A stretch of 64,000 nucleotides of DNA from a virus (taxonomy: Duplodnaviria; Caudoviricetes): IMG/VR virus record IMGVR_UViG_3300020036_004254. The stretch is one strand, 5' to 3'. A program made the translations under genes and the position numbers. Below the pieces are notes generated by a model that saw nothing but the letters and a program-made list of their open reading frames with translations, had not been told where the DNA came from and did no database searches. Shown here piece after piece: positions 56,007 through 64,000 of the stretch. Position 1 is the stretch's first letter; each line of letters begins with the position of its first letter.

Positions 56007-58040
56007 TTACATGGTGTTCTGTGGGAACAGTGTTCTGGACACTCGCTTGTCTTGAAATCTCATCAGACTAGGATGTACAGGGCGGATAAACACCACCTGT
56101 GGTTCTGATGAATGTTGTGGTGCTGGTGCTGGTGTTACGTAATTATTTGTCACGTGTGATGGTGGTGGAGTCATTGTTGGGGTCATGGATAGCGTATCAT
56201 CGATGTTCCCTCTGGATACCCCGTCTACCATCCCACTCTGTCGTTGTAAGTTTCTCTGGCTGGTTGCTCTATTCGCCGCTTGCATTTCCGCAAAGGAATT
56301 GAAACCGTGCTGTCTGGCAACATTTGCCGCGTTTTGGTCTACTTCAAGCGAACGGGCGTTTTCTGCCTCATTCATGCGTTCCCCGACCGTTTGCAACCCT
56401 AAACGACGATTTGCCCATCCACCAAGCTTCCACCCACCAACTACCCCTCCTGCCGCGATTGACGCCATTCCTAGACCACGTGCGGCCATTCCAGCAAACC
56501 GTTTGACACCACCCAACATCCCACGCGCTCGGTCCATCAGACTCACGGGTTCTGGTGTTTCCTCAGGAACCTGTGTTGGCTGTGGTGCCGCAGGTTGTGC
56601 CGCCGTTGGTACCGGGGGTGATGCGTTCTTTTGGTCAATATCGGCGTTTACTTTTAATGCTCGGTCGTGCGCTTCATCTTTGTCTTTAATGAAGTTTTTC
56701 TCCTTCATCCGATAATCAATTTTGGCATTTGTGCTTAAAGCTCTGCCATGGACCTTTTCCTTTTCAACTTCCAATGCCTCTGCGTGAGCCACATCCTTAT
56801 CGTGAATATAGGATTCTTCTTTCTTTTTTCTATCAATGTCTTGATTAATCTTTAATGCTTTTTCGTGGTCCTCGTCTCGTGGGGATACGGGTTCTACTGG
56901 TCCTTTTTTGGTACCACTATCCAACATTTTTTCTGCAAGTTTTCTTCCGTCTGGGTTGTTTCCTTTATATCCCAACGCCTTCATGATTTTCTGAATTTCG
57001 TCTTCTCTGGTATCTGCGTTGTTTTCTTGAGTTTTGGTTTTTGCATTGGTTGGTTTTTCTTCCAACAACTCATGAATAGACTTGAGTTCTTCCAAAATAT
57101 CTGAAGAGACAGAATCGTCCTGATTGTCTTCTATCTTGTTGACAGACGCCCGTTCTGCCGCAATACGTCGGGCATTGCGCTGTTCCTCTGCGTTACGCTG
57201 TTCGTCCCGTACCTCATCGGCCCCATCCATTTCCAATGCTTGAGCGTGAATGAGTTCTTTGTCACGAATGGGGTCGTCAGCGATTGGGTTTCCGGCAAAC
57301 AAGGCGTTGTCTCGGATGCGATTTTCCCGAAGGGCTTCCTCGTGAACCGAACCCATTTCCTGTTGTTTGCGCTGTTGTTTGTGCTGACGTACCGCATCAA
57401 AATCGCGGTTATCTTCGTAGGCTTCTTCCTGTAATCGGCGCATTTCCACATTACGCTTTGATTTTTCTAACGCTTCCTCATCCCCAACGGCCTTTTTGAA
57501 TTCGGCTTTGTTGTTATCTGCGCCGAACAAGACCTTGAAATCTTGAAGTGTTTCCTTCATATACGAATGACCCAAGCCACGAGTTCGTGTATCTTGGGGT
57601 TGAATGCCGAGGAAGTTTCTCGCCAACACTTCCTTCATGTTTCTGGGTTGTGCCCGTGGCATAGACAAGTCTTCGCCCATGGCTTTAACTTTATCTACAT
57701 ATACTTTGAGTGCCCGTTTTACGTCTGATTGTGTTGCTTTATTCCAATCTTTTTTCAGAATCAAGTAGAGCTTTGCGGCATGCGAAGCCATCTTTCGGTC
57801 AAACAAATTCAAACTAGCTAGGTTTTTCGGGATAACGCCAAAATCGTCAATAAGCTCCGCAACGATACGTAACCCTTCTACATTCGTTGAGATTTGGGGG
57901 AGCAATGAGCGCAACCCAATCAAAACGTTGATATACTGGTCGTTACGAGCGACAACTCCCTGAATATCCATTTCTGGCTTTATGGGTCGAATTGCCTCTC
58001 GAATGTGCTTAGAAGAACGAACCTTTTTTGGTGTAGACAT
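56007..58040 (-). CDS. putative tail length/baseplate hub protein
   Basis: 677 aa helical protein with repeated H..AL units and a Gly/Ala-rich hydrophobic stretch; follows gp26-like gene. Confidence 0.55.
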   Translation of the reverse strand: MSTPKKVRSSKHIREAIRPIKPEMDIQGVVARNDQYINVLIGLRSLLPQISTNVEGLRIVAELIDDFGVIPKNLASLNLFDRKMASHAAKLYLILKKDWNKATQSDVKRALKVYVDKVKAMGEDLSMPRAQPRNMKEVLARNFLGIQPQDTRTRGLGHSYMKETLQDFKVLFGADNNKAEFKKAVGDEEALEKSKRNVEMRRLQEEAYEDNRDFDAVRQHKQQRKQQEMGSVHEEALRENRIRDNALFAGNPIADDPIRDKELIHAQALEMDGADEVRDEQRNAEEQRNARRIAAERASVNKIEDNQDDSVSSDILEELKSIHELLEEKPTNAKTKTQENNADTREDEIQKIMKALGYKGNNPDGRKLAEKMLDSGTKKGPVEPVSPRDEDHEKALKINQDIDRKKKEESYIHDKDVAHAEALEVEKEKVHGRALSTNAKIDYRMKEKNFIKDKDEAHDRALKVNADIDQKNASPPVPTAAQPAAPQPTQVPEETPEPVSLMDRARGMLGGVKRFAGMAARGLGMASIAAGGVVGGWKLGGWANRRLGLQTVGERMNEAENARSLEVDQNAANVARQHGFNSFAEMQAANRATSQRNLQRQSGMVDGVSRGNIDDTLSMTPTMTPPPSHVTNNYVTPAPAPQHSSEPQVVFIRPVHPSLMRFQDKRVSRTLFPQNTM

Positions 58041-58048
58041 GGAAATAC

Positions 58049-58225
58049 CTATTCTGAATTATTCTTTTTCTTGATATGGTCGATAAGCAACCCGATAAAC
58101 ACTTCTCTTTCCCACGGCATCATACTTTCTACTTCGGATAGCGAATATTTGTGAAGTTGCATCAACAAAAAGTTGGTTTTGTAGAAATTAGCCGAGTTAT
58201 CGTGAGAAAGAGTTACACGAAAAAA
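58049..58225 (-). CDS. gp51-like baseplate/tail chaperone segment, probably reached by -1 frameshift
   Basis: open -1 frame FFRVTLSHDNSANFYKTNFLLMQLHKYSLSEVESMMPWEREVF...; slippery T TTT TTC. Confidence 0.7.
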   Translation of the reverse strand, partial: FFRVTLSHDNSANFYKTNFLLMQLHKYSLSEVESMMPWEREVFIGLLIDHIKKKNNSE

Positions 58226-58917
58226 TTGTTGATTCCACCAATAACAACGTCATTATCCGTTCCACATCGTTCGCATTGATATTCTTTACTACACTGAAGC
58301 AGGGGCATGGTTGCGAAAAACGATTCTACCTTATCGTACTGTGTCGGGAGTAACCCTTCAATGAAGTTCTGTACATCCTGACGATTATCGGCCTTGGTTT
58401 TAATAACCTCGTCCTTGGTTATAATACTATCGACGCAGTCGATGACAATCGCATCTACATTTTCATCATTTTCAGTTTCCCCAAACATGATGTTGAAGTG
58501 ATGGAGTGTTGGATACTTCATCAACAACCGAACTTCTTCATCAATAGGAACGTTTGGTGAATGGGACTCGTTTACGATAAGCTTGAAATCATCAATTCGT
58601 GTAACAGCGGTTGTGCGATGTCCACACTTCCCGCACACCAGAAAATACTCAATCTCTTCACCAACCGATTTCCCACGAATGGCAAGAAAGGCGTACTGTA
58701 CATCGAACATCGGGCTGGTGTCTGCATTAACAACACCATCTGTACAATCTCGTACCACATCACCAACGGTACGAATAATCATTTCTCTATCACCCGAATC
58801 CTTTGCCATAATCAACAACTTTTCTTCTTTGACCAAAAACGGTCTGTAATCCACAACTTTTTTGGTGAACGGCAACGTCATCTGATATCGCGGCACTTTG
58901 ACTAATGGTATAGACAT
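58213..58917 (-). CDS. baseplate hub assembly protein (T4 gp26-like)
   Basis: YRPFLVKEEK.L..A, FD..Y.FL.IR.KSVGE, C..C, MKYP, NFF end. Confidence 0.85.
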   Translation of the reverse strand: MSIPLVKVPRYQMTLPFTKKVVDYRPFLVKEEKLLIMAKDSGDREMIIRTVGDVVRDCTDGVVNADTSPMFDVQYAFLAIRGKSVGEEIEYFLVCGKCGHRTTAVTRIDDFKLIVNESHSPNVPIDEEVRLLMKYPTLHHFNIMFGETENDENVDAIVIDCVDSIITKDEVIKTKADNRQDVQNFIEGLLPTQYDKVESFFATMPLLQCSKEYQCERCGTDNDVVIGGINNFFV

Positions 58918-58932
58918 ATAATCCTCAAATGT

Positions 58933-59703
58933 TTAGAATGATTGTGTAATTCCAGAACCAGACACTCTACCAGTTCTGTCAAAAAATGTATCGGTTGGGC
59001 TTCTTCGGCGTTGTTCTGGTGCGGACAATCGTGAAATGATATCTTGTTGTGTTGCACCACCACCACGCTCGGCAAACTGGGAACTGGGCACTTCCGATGA
59101 TAGGAGGATGTCTTCCCACCATTTGAATGTAATACCAACCGTCAAGCGATGGTACCCCTCTGCCCCACTAGACATTTCTTGGTTTTCAAGAACGGTGGGC
59201 CACGCTTCACGTAGTTTGATTCCGTACAATGTAGTTTCTGCGTTCTTGGTAGAATCGGTTTCAAAAATCGGGGTGAGTGAATATATGTTTATTTCACCAA
59301 TGTAGTCTTTGTAAAACCCAACCTCTCTGGGTCTGGACCCACCGATTGTCATGGGGTTTACGGCCAAGGACATCCATTGGTTGAAAAAGTCTTTCACAGA
59401 CCACGTATTGTCTACCAGAAATCGAAAAGTAATCATGCGATTTTTGTAATCCACATGACTGGCGCGTTGCTCGGTCAAGGCATTGATGCGAAGAGAACGA
59501 GTTTCGATGATTTTCCCGGGGAAGGTGGCTTCTTCACACATCATTCCAATGGTATTGTTTTGGTTGGAAATAGAAGGGATACCACCACCCAGCGTGAGAC
59601 GCGGTGGAAAAAATTCAACCAAGAATCGATTTCGACGCGCAAATCCCGTGTTCCGGGCTTTGGAAATGAAATCTTGAAGACTGGGGATAAAAAGTTCTGC
59701 CAT
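58933..59703 (-). CDS. baseplate-tail tube initiator (T4 gp54-like)
   Basis: G.AR.NRF.V, CE.A..PG, F..W, Y..DY, L.EA.P. Confidence 0.8.
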   Translation of the reverse strand: MAELFIPSLQDFISKARNTGFARRNRFLVEFFPPRLTLGGGIPSISNQNNTIGMMCEEATFPGKIIETRSLRINALTEQRASHVDYKNRMITFRFLVDNTWSVKDFFNQWMSLAVNPMTIGGSRPREVGFYKDYIGEINIYSLTPIFETDSTKNAETTLYGIKLREAWPTVLENQEMSSGAEGYHRLTVGITFKWWEDILLSSEVPSSQFAERGGGATQQDIISRLSAPEQRRRSPTDTFFDRTGRVSGSGITQSF

Positions 59704-59712
59704 GTCAGTTCC

Positions 59713-60273
59713 TTATAGATAAGCGGTGTATTTACTTTGTTTCACAAACCGTTCTACGGGTAACATAATTGTTGTCTTCCAGTCTTCTTCTTGTATAGCC
59801 AAGAAATATTGGTTTTTGACATGGCTGTACAGATAGCGTTTGACACAATGTTCTGCAAACATACTTGCATGGGCCACCAATGCCGCCCACGTTATCCCCT
59901 CAGAGTTTTGAATGGCCATGATGGTTCTCAAAAACGCCATTCGGTCATGCGGATTGAGATAGTGAAAATTCACCCCAGTAAACCCATCTGGATGCATTCG
60001 AAACGGAATCACCAAGGGAAATGCGTCCCAATGCGGAAGGGTTTTCTCGTGCTTGGGGTGATAGTAAAACAACGACATGCGCCCAATGCCCACCCCGTTC
60101 ATTCCCATACCCAAACCACTTCGCATAACTTTTTGTGGGGTGATGTTTTTCAATCCGTACCCAAGTTGTCGAATTTGGTCCTGATACCAACGTACCGAGC
60201 GAATAGGATTACCCTTAAGGGCATCCTCGCGCAAATGGACAAAGGGATGTGGTTTGGTTCTACGAATGGACAT
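59713..60273 (-). CDS. DNA end protector protein (T4 gp2-like)
   Basis: G.M..F.Y.PK....LP..D.FPLV, G.N.HYL, K.YL, LP...F.K. Confidence 0.88.
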   Translation of the reverse strand: MSIRRTKPHPFVHLREDALKGNPIRSVRWYQDQIRQLGYGLKNITPQKVMRSGLGMGMNGVGIGRMSLFYYHPKHEKTLPHWDAFPLVIPFRMHPDGFTGVNFHYLNPHDRMAFLRTIMAIQNSEGITWAALVAHASMFAEHCVKRYLYSHVKNQYFLAIQEEDWKTTIMLPVERFVKQSKYTAYL

Positions 60274-60366
60274 AGGGGGGTTGACAAAGAATCTTCAGAT
60301 GCATAAACAGGGTGTAACCGTGTGAGGCAGTAGTTCCAAGGATGAGTATAAGGTTATTTATGGTGA

Positions 60367-60951
60367 TTAAGATGAGACTGTCGAATCTTCTGTTAGTTTA
60401 CGTCCCCGCAACGAATTGCGGATACGTTCTTTGGACTCCTGAGATAATGTAGCACCCGTTCTCGTGGGGTGTCCCCTTCTACTATTCGAAATATTCTTTC
60501 GTGTTTCTATGGGTGTTGATAACCCCCGATTCCAAGTGACACACCCCTTCTTCGCTCTTGAAATCGCTTCACAGTGGGATTTTGACCGCTTCCTGCCCTT
60601 AAGCGAATTTGAGATTTTCATTTTATGTTGTTCAGTCATGGCCCCCGCGTGATGAAAAGGACCGTTGAAAAGAGATTGATTTAACCATTCAACTCTTTCG
60701 TGAAGTCGCATCTTGGCTATGACTTTCTGCTCCCAATCAAATGCGTCGGGACCACTAGAAAAAGTTTTTCGTATTTCAAATTTGAACGACTCTTTACCAA
60801 ATTGTGATATGAGTGATTTAACCTTTTTTGAACTAGAAAAATACGTTCTCCAAAGGTTGTTGGGGTGCGCTTTTTTACCATGCTGAACCCCGTAATACTT
60901 CAGTCCAGTTGGAATATGGTAAAGAAGATAAGTGTATGGAGTTGGTGTCAT
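60367..60951 (-). CDS. free-standing GIY-YIG-like/NUMOD3 homing endonuclease
   Basis: paralog of 49694..50287 (PYTY.LYHIPT..KYYGVQ.G...P.NLW.TYFSSSKKV). Confidence 0.8.
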   Translation of the reverse strand: MTPTPYTYLLYHIPTGLKYYGVQHGKKAHPNNLWRTYFSSSKKVKSLISQFGKESFKFEIRKTFSSGPDAFDWEQKVIAKMRLHERVEWLNQSLFNGPFHHAGAMTEQHKMKISNSLKGRKRSKSHCEAISRAKKGCVTWNRGLSTPIETRKNISNSRRGHPTRTGATLSQESKERIRNSLRGRKLTEDSTVSS

Positions 60952-61403
60952 GATATTATATCCAAATCTTTTTCTGTTATAAGCATGAATTGCATATCGT
61001 TTGCGTCAGCGAATTTCGTGGCCGCTTTCCATTTTGCTAGGTTGATGCCCCACTGCTTTACCTCGGCAACAAACCGCTGTGTCTTCCGTTTAGGAATCGT
61101 TGGCTCCTTCGTGAAGCGCGAGGGCTTTACTTCAACAATATATTTTTGAATTTTGCCCGATTTTGTTCTGATTTTAATGTAGAAGTCAACAAAGTATCGG
61201 TGCATCTGACTATCGATAGGACTCTTGTAGGGAACTACCACTTCCTCACTCCCCCACTCCAATACATTGGTGTTCAAATCACACCATTTCATGAAACGAA
61301 TTTCGTAAGAAGACCGATAGACGATATTCATAAAATCCCCACGATATTTCTGGGGATTTTGAGGTTGGAATTTTCCTTTGTAGCAATCTTTTCTATACGC
61401 CAT
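60948..61403 (-). CDS. head completion nuclease (T4 gp4-like)
   Basis: YKGKF.P.NP.KY.GD...I.YRS..E, W.SEE, RYF.DF, EVKP, N.AKW.AA, TE. Confidence 0.93.
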   Translation of the reverse strand: MAYRKDCYKGKFQPQNPQKYRGDFMNIVYRSSYEIRFMKWCDLNTNVLEWGSEEVVVPYKSPIDSQMHRYFVDFYIKIRTKSGKIQKYIVEVKPSRFTKEPTIPKRKTQRFVAEVKQWGINLAKWKAATKFADANDMQFMLITEKDLDIIS

Positions 61404-61412
61404 GAAATACCA

Positions 61413-61451
61413 TATAAATAGAGGATAAACCTTCTTTCACGAGTATTTATG
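61413..61451. promoter_or_regulatory. opposed T4-type late promoters serving the divergent gp4 and gp48 genes
   Basis: TATAAATA (+) at 61413; CATAAATA (-) at 61451-61444. Confidence 0.75.
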
Positions 61452-62522
61452 GCCGAAACTAAATCTGCTGACCTAATTTTCAACTCAGCCGCGATTAGAC
61501 AAGGAACAGACGAAACGGGTGGATTCAACGTCATTCGGTATCCTCAGGATTTAGCGACCCCGCAACATCCTCATTACGTCATGTTTTTCATCAATGTCCG
61601 CGAATCTGACATTCGGGGAATGGCCAACGCCCCGTTGACCATGAATGTTAAGTTTGACAATACTCAAGCAAATCGACCAAACACTGAAGGTGATTTGGGT
61701 GTACTGCCCACAATTGCTGGCGCACAGGTGGGGTTTGCTGGTGGATTTTTTGGTGGTCGTTTTGCTTCAGAGACGGGTCGTCAGGGAGCGGCGTTGCGTT
61801 TGGGGGCGGCTGGTGCGGTAGTCGGTGCGGCACTTGGTGCTGGTGCTGGTGCGCTCGCCGCAACTCAGCTTGACCGTTCTCAAGTGTTGCTCAAAGATGT
61901 TATCGCCTTGTACATGGCGGGAAAACCAGTTGCGAGCTATGAGGCCGCATGGGGTGAAGAAGATTTGGGGTTGGTTGGTGCATTTGCCGACAGTGCCAAC
62001 CCCTTGAACAGCCTTTCTGAAGCAGGTAATCTCGCCGGGGCACTGATGATGAAAGGTTCAGAAAGTGCTGGAAGTAGATTGATTGGAAATGCTGGTCGTG
62101 CGATACAAGGCACTGCGGCCATGACACCAAACCCCTTCAAAGCACAGTTGTTCAAAAACATGAAGTTTCGTACTTTTTCTTTTGAGTATACGTTTCTTCC
62201 CAAAGACGAAAACGAATATACCTCGGTGAAACGTATTATCAACCTGTTCAAAAAGTACATGCACCCGAGTCTGGGACCGGGAAAGTTCATTACAAAGTAC
62301 CCGGGTGAATTTTCTATTGCCTACTACTACAAAAATGCGGTCAACGCCGAGTTGTTTCGTATTTCAAACTGTGCCTTGACCAGTTTGACCACGGAGTTTG
62401 GTGGGTCTGATTTTGTCACGTTTCGTGGAAAAGATGGTGCCCCGACAGAAATTACATTAAAGATGAGATTTGTTGAACTTGAAATGTTGACTCAGGAACG
62501 ATTCAACACCAGAGGATTTTAA
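61449..62522 (+). CDS. baseplate tail tube cap (T4 gp48-like)
   Basis: YP.D, I.LYM, NP....F....FR.F.F.Y.F.PK...E, I...FK..M.P, F.E.E. Confidence 0.85.
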   Translation: MAETKSADLIFNSAAIRQGTDETGGFNVIRYPQDLATPQHPHYVMFFINVRESDIRGMANAPLTMNVKFDNTQANRPNTEGDLGVLPTIAGAQVGFAGGFFGGRFASETGRQGAALRLGAAGAVVGAALGAGAGALAATQLDRSQVLLKDVIALYMAGKPVASYEAAWGEEDLGLVGAFADSANPLNSLSEAGNLAGALMMKGSESAGSRLIGNAGRAIQGTAAMTPNPFKAQLFKNMKFRTFSFEYTFLPKDENEYTSVKRIINLFKKYMHPSLGPGKFITKYPGEFSIAYYYKNAVNAELFRISNCALTSLTTEFGGSDFVTFRGKDGAPTEITLKMRFVELEMLTQERFNTRGF

Positions 62523-62524
62523 TC

Positions 62525-63046
62525 ATGACGTACTTTAGCAAGTTTCCGTTGTATTTGACCACCGCTGGGTTTCGTGGGGCCATTGGAACTACTACCACGG
62601 AGAAAAATCAACTTATTATCACCGATTTTTTCCGACGCATTCGGACGGGAAAGGAATTTGTTGATGTGTCTACAGGCGTCATTCCGTTTGCCGTGCAGGA
62701 TGGGTACACCCCAGAGCGTCTTGCCCATGAGTTCTATGGGTCAGCGTATTATCATTGGGTCATTCTCTTGGTGAACAACATCGTAAACCCCAGAGAAGAA
62801 TGGCCGATGGATATTGACCAGTTCAACGAGTTTATGGCAGACAACTATGAGGATGCAATAGAGGTTCACCATTACATCGACCCTGTGAGCGGGTTTGTGG
62901 TGGACGCTGATTTTTCTGGTGCCGTCCCGGTTACCAATCTGGAATATGAAGAAACGATTAACGAGCAAAAACGGCACATCAAAATGCTGGATTCCAAATA
63001 TCTTCAACAATTTGTCACGATGTTCGATAACTTAATCATTAGATAA
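62525..63046 (+). CDS. baseplate wedge subunit (T4 gp53-like, LysM)
   Basis: YF..FP, DG..PE.LA...YG....HW.ILL.N.I.NP..EWP, HHY, NE.KR.I. Confidence 0.9.
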   Translation: MTYFSKFPLYLTTAGFRGAIGTTTTEKNQLIITDFFRRIRTGKEFVDVSTGVIPFAVQDGYTPERLAHEFYGSAYYHWVILLVNNIVNPREEWPMDIDQFNEFMADNYEDAIEVHHYIDPVSGFVVDADFSGAVPVTNLEYEETINEQKRHIKMLDSKYLQQFVTMFDNLIIR

Positions 63047-64000
63047 TGACTATACCGTTTATACCCAGCATCGATATCAACCTCGAACACATTAACGAAC
63101 CCGGGGATGTTATCACGGAAGCGATTGTCATCACCAAGGACAATGGCGATTCATATAACATTGCCAATTTCTGTATTGAAACGGTGTTGTTTGAGGATAT
63201 TTTTTCCAACACCTTAATGGGTCATATCTATGTGCGGGATGCCGCGAATCTTATCACCATGATTCCGTTGGTGGGAACGGAGACAGTCACTTTTTCGTTT
63301 CGGACCCCAACACTCACCGAAAGCATTCGCAAGACCTTCAAGATTGTTTCAGTGGATGACCGTGTGTTTACCAAAACCGATGTGGAACAGGGGTATACCA
63401 TTTCATTCATTTCAATGGAAGCCTATGTAGATAACGTAAGTGCATTATCGAAGAAGTTTTCTGGAAGTACCGATGCGGTGGTCAAAAAGATATTTCAAGA
63501 GCATCTCAGCGTGAAGCGCGTAGTTGGAAACACAAACTCTTCCAACACCGATTTGATTACCAGCGGTAGACCTCACGGGTCATCGGTTTCGTTTGTGGCG
63601 TGTTCGTGGAGTCCATTAAAGTGCATTAACTGGGTAGCGAACAGAAGTTTTGGGAACTCTGGGGAAGCCCCATCCTTCTTGTTTTTTGAAACGAACAAGG
63701 CGTTCAAGTTCATGAGCATTGAGGAGTTAATAGACCAACAACGATTGGCGGGTGGAGTATTTTCTGAATACACCTATTCACCAAACTACGCATCAAAGAT
63801 TACAAACCCGGAAAGCGGTTTTCTGTATTCTAAACCGGAACTGGCCAAGCAATATAACATTATTCGACACATTTCGCCCTATAGCTATTTCAACACGCTG
63901 GATGGGCAAGATATGGGGTATTTTGCAGGCACGTTGATTACTCAAGATTCGACGTTGAAAACGTATCAAGAGTTTCCCTACGACCATTACAATCAATACA
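63046..64000 (+). CDS. baseplate hub/tail protein (partial, runs off window)
   Basis: ATG overlapping the gp53 stop; FEDIF...L.G...D, P..G.E, W.P...INW, FLFFE. Confidence 0.75.
   Translation, partial: MTIPFIPSIDINLEHINEPGDVITEAIVITKDNGDSYNIANFCIETVLFEDIFSNTLMGHIYVRDAANLITMIPLVGTETVTFSFRTPTLTESIRKTFKIVSVDDRVFTKTDVEQGYTISFISMEAYVDNVSALSKKFSGSTDAVVKKIFQEHLSVKRVVGNTNSSNTDLITSGRPHGSSVSFVACSWSPLKCINWVANRSFGNSGEAPSFLFFETNKAFKFMSIEELIDQQRLAGGVFSEYTYSPNYASKITNPESGFLYSKPELAKQYNIIRHISPYSYFNTLDGQDMGYFAGTLITQDSTLKTYQEFPYDHYNQY

Noticed and set aside
1-64000. Stop-codon recoding
   Set aside because: Core genes are full length under the standard code and no suppressor tRNA was seen.
140-64000. Many antisense or alternative-frame ORFs in the track (e.g. 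40328..41215, 55022..55843, 36866..37597)
   Set aside because: They are shadows of real genes or RNAs, with no RBS or recognisable motifs.

Overview
The window is 64 kb of a large lytic T4-like (myovirus) phage genome, read with the standard genetic code. (i) 1-17.4 kb is a tRNA-rich accessory region with 14 tRNAs, several closed-stem non-tRNA RNAs, RNA-repair/phosphoesterase-type genes and four free-standing homing-endonuclease-like genes under T4 late promoters. (ii) 17.4-41.5 kb is an all-plus-strand 'early/host-takeover' region of short, often paralogous ORFs. Most have their own sigma70-type promoter, in two classes: CCCTTGACA promoters and ~19 promoters carrying an AGGG-WWW-CCCY box next to a degenerate -35. 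This region also holds a ~580-nt ornate ncRNA candidate, tRNA mimics, tRNA-Lys and a striking set of host-chromosome cis-elements: 3 DnaA boxes at a strand-skew switch, 2 parS sites, IHF-like sites and 3 tandem sigma54 boxes. (iii) 42-47.2 kb is a minus-strand accessory block. (iv) 47.3-64 kb is the T4-like core: dsbA-like, guaC, FmdB, phoH, a circularly permuted two-piece tmRNA, SleB-like hydrolase, gp33, dCMP deaminase, gp59, gp32, tail/baseplate genes (with a candidate -1 frameshift), gp2, gp4, gp48, gp53 and a hub protein that runs off the end. Product names come from motif recognition and synteny only; no searches or folding programs were run.
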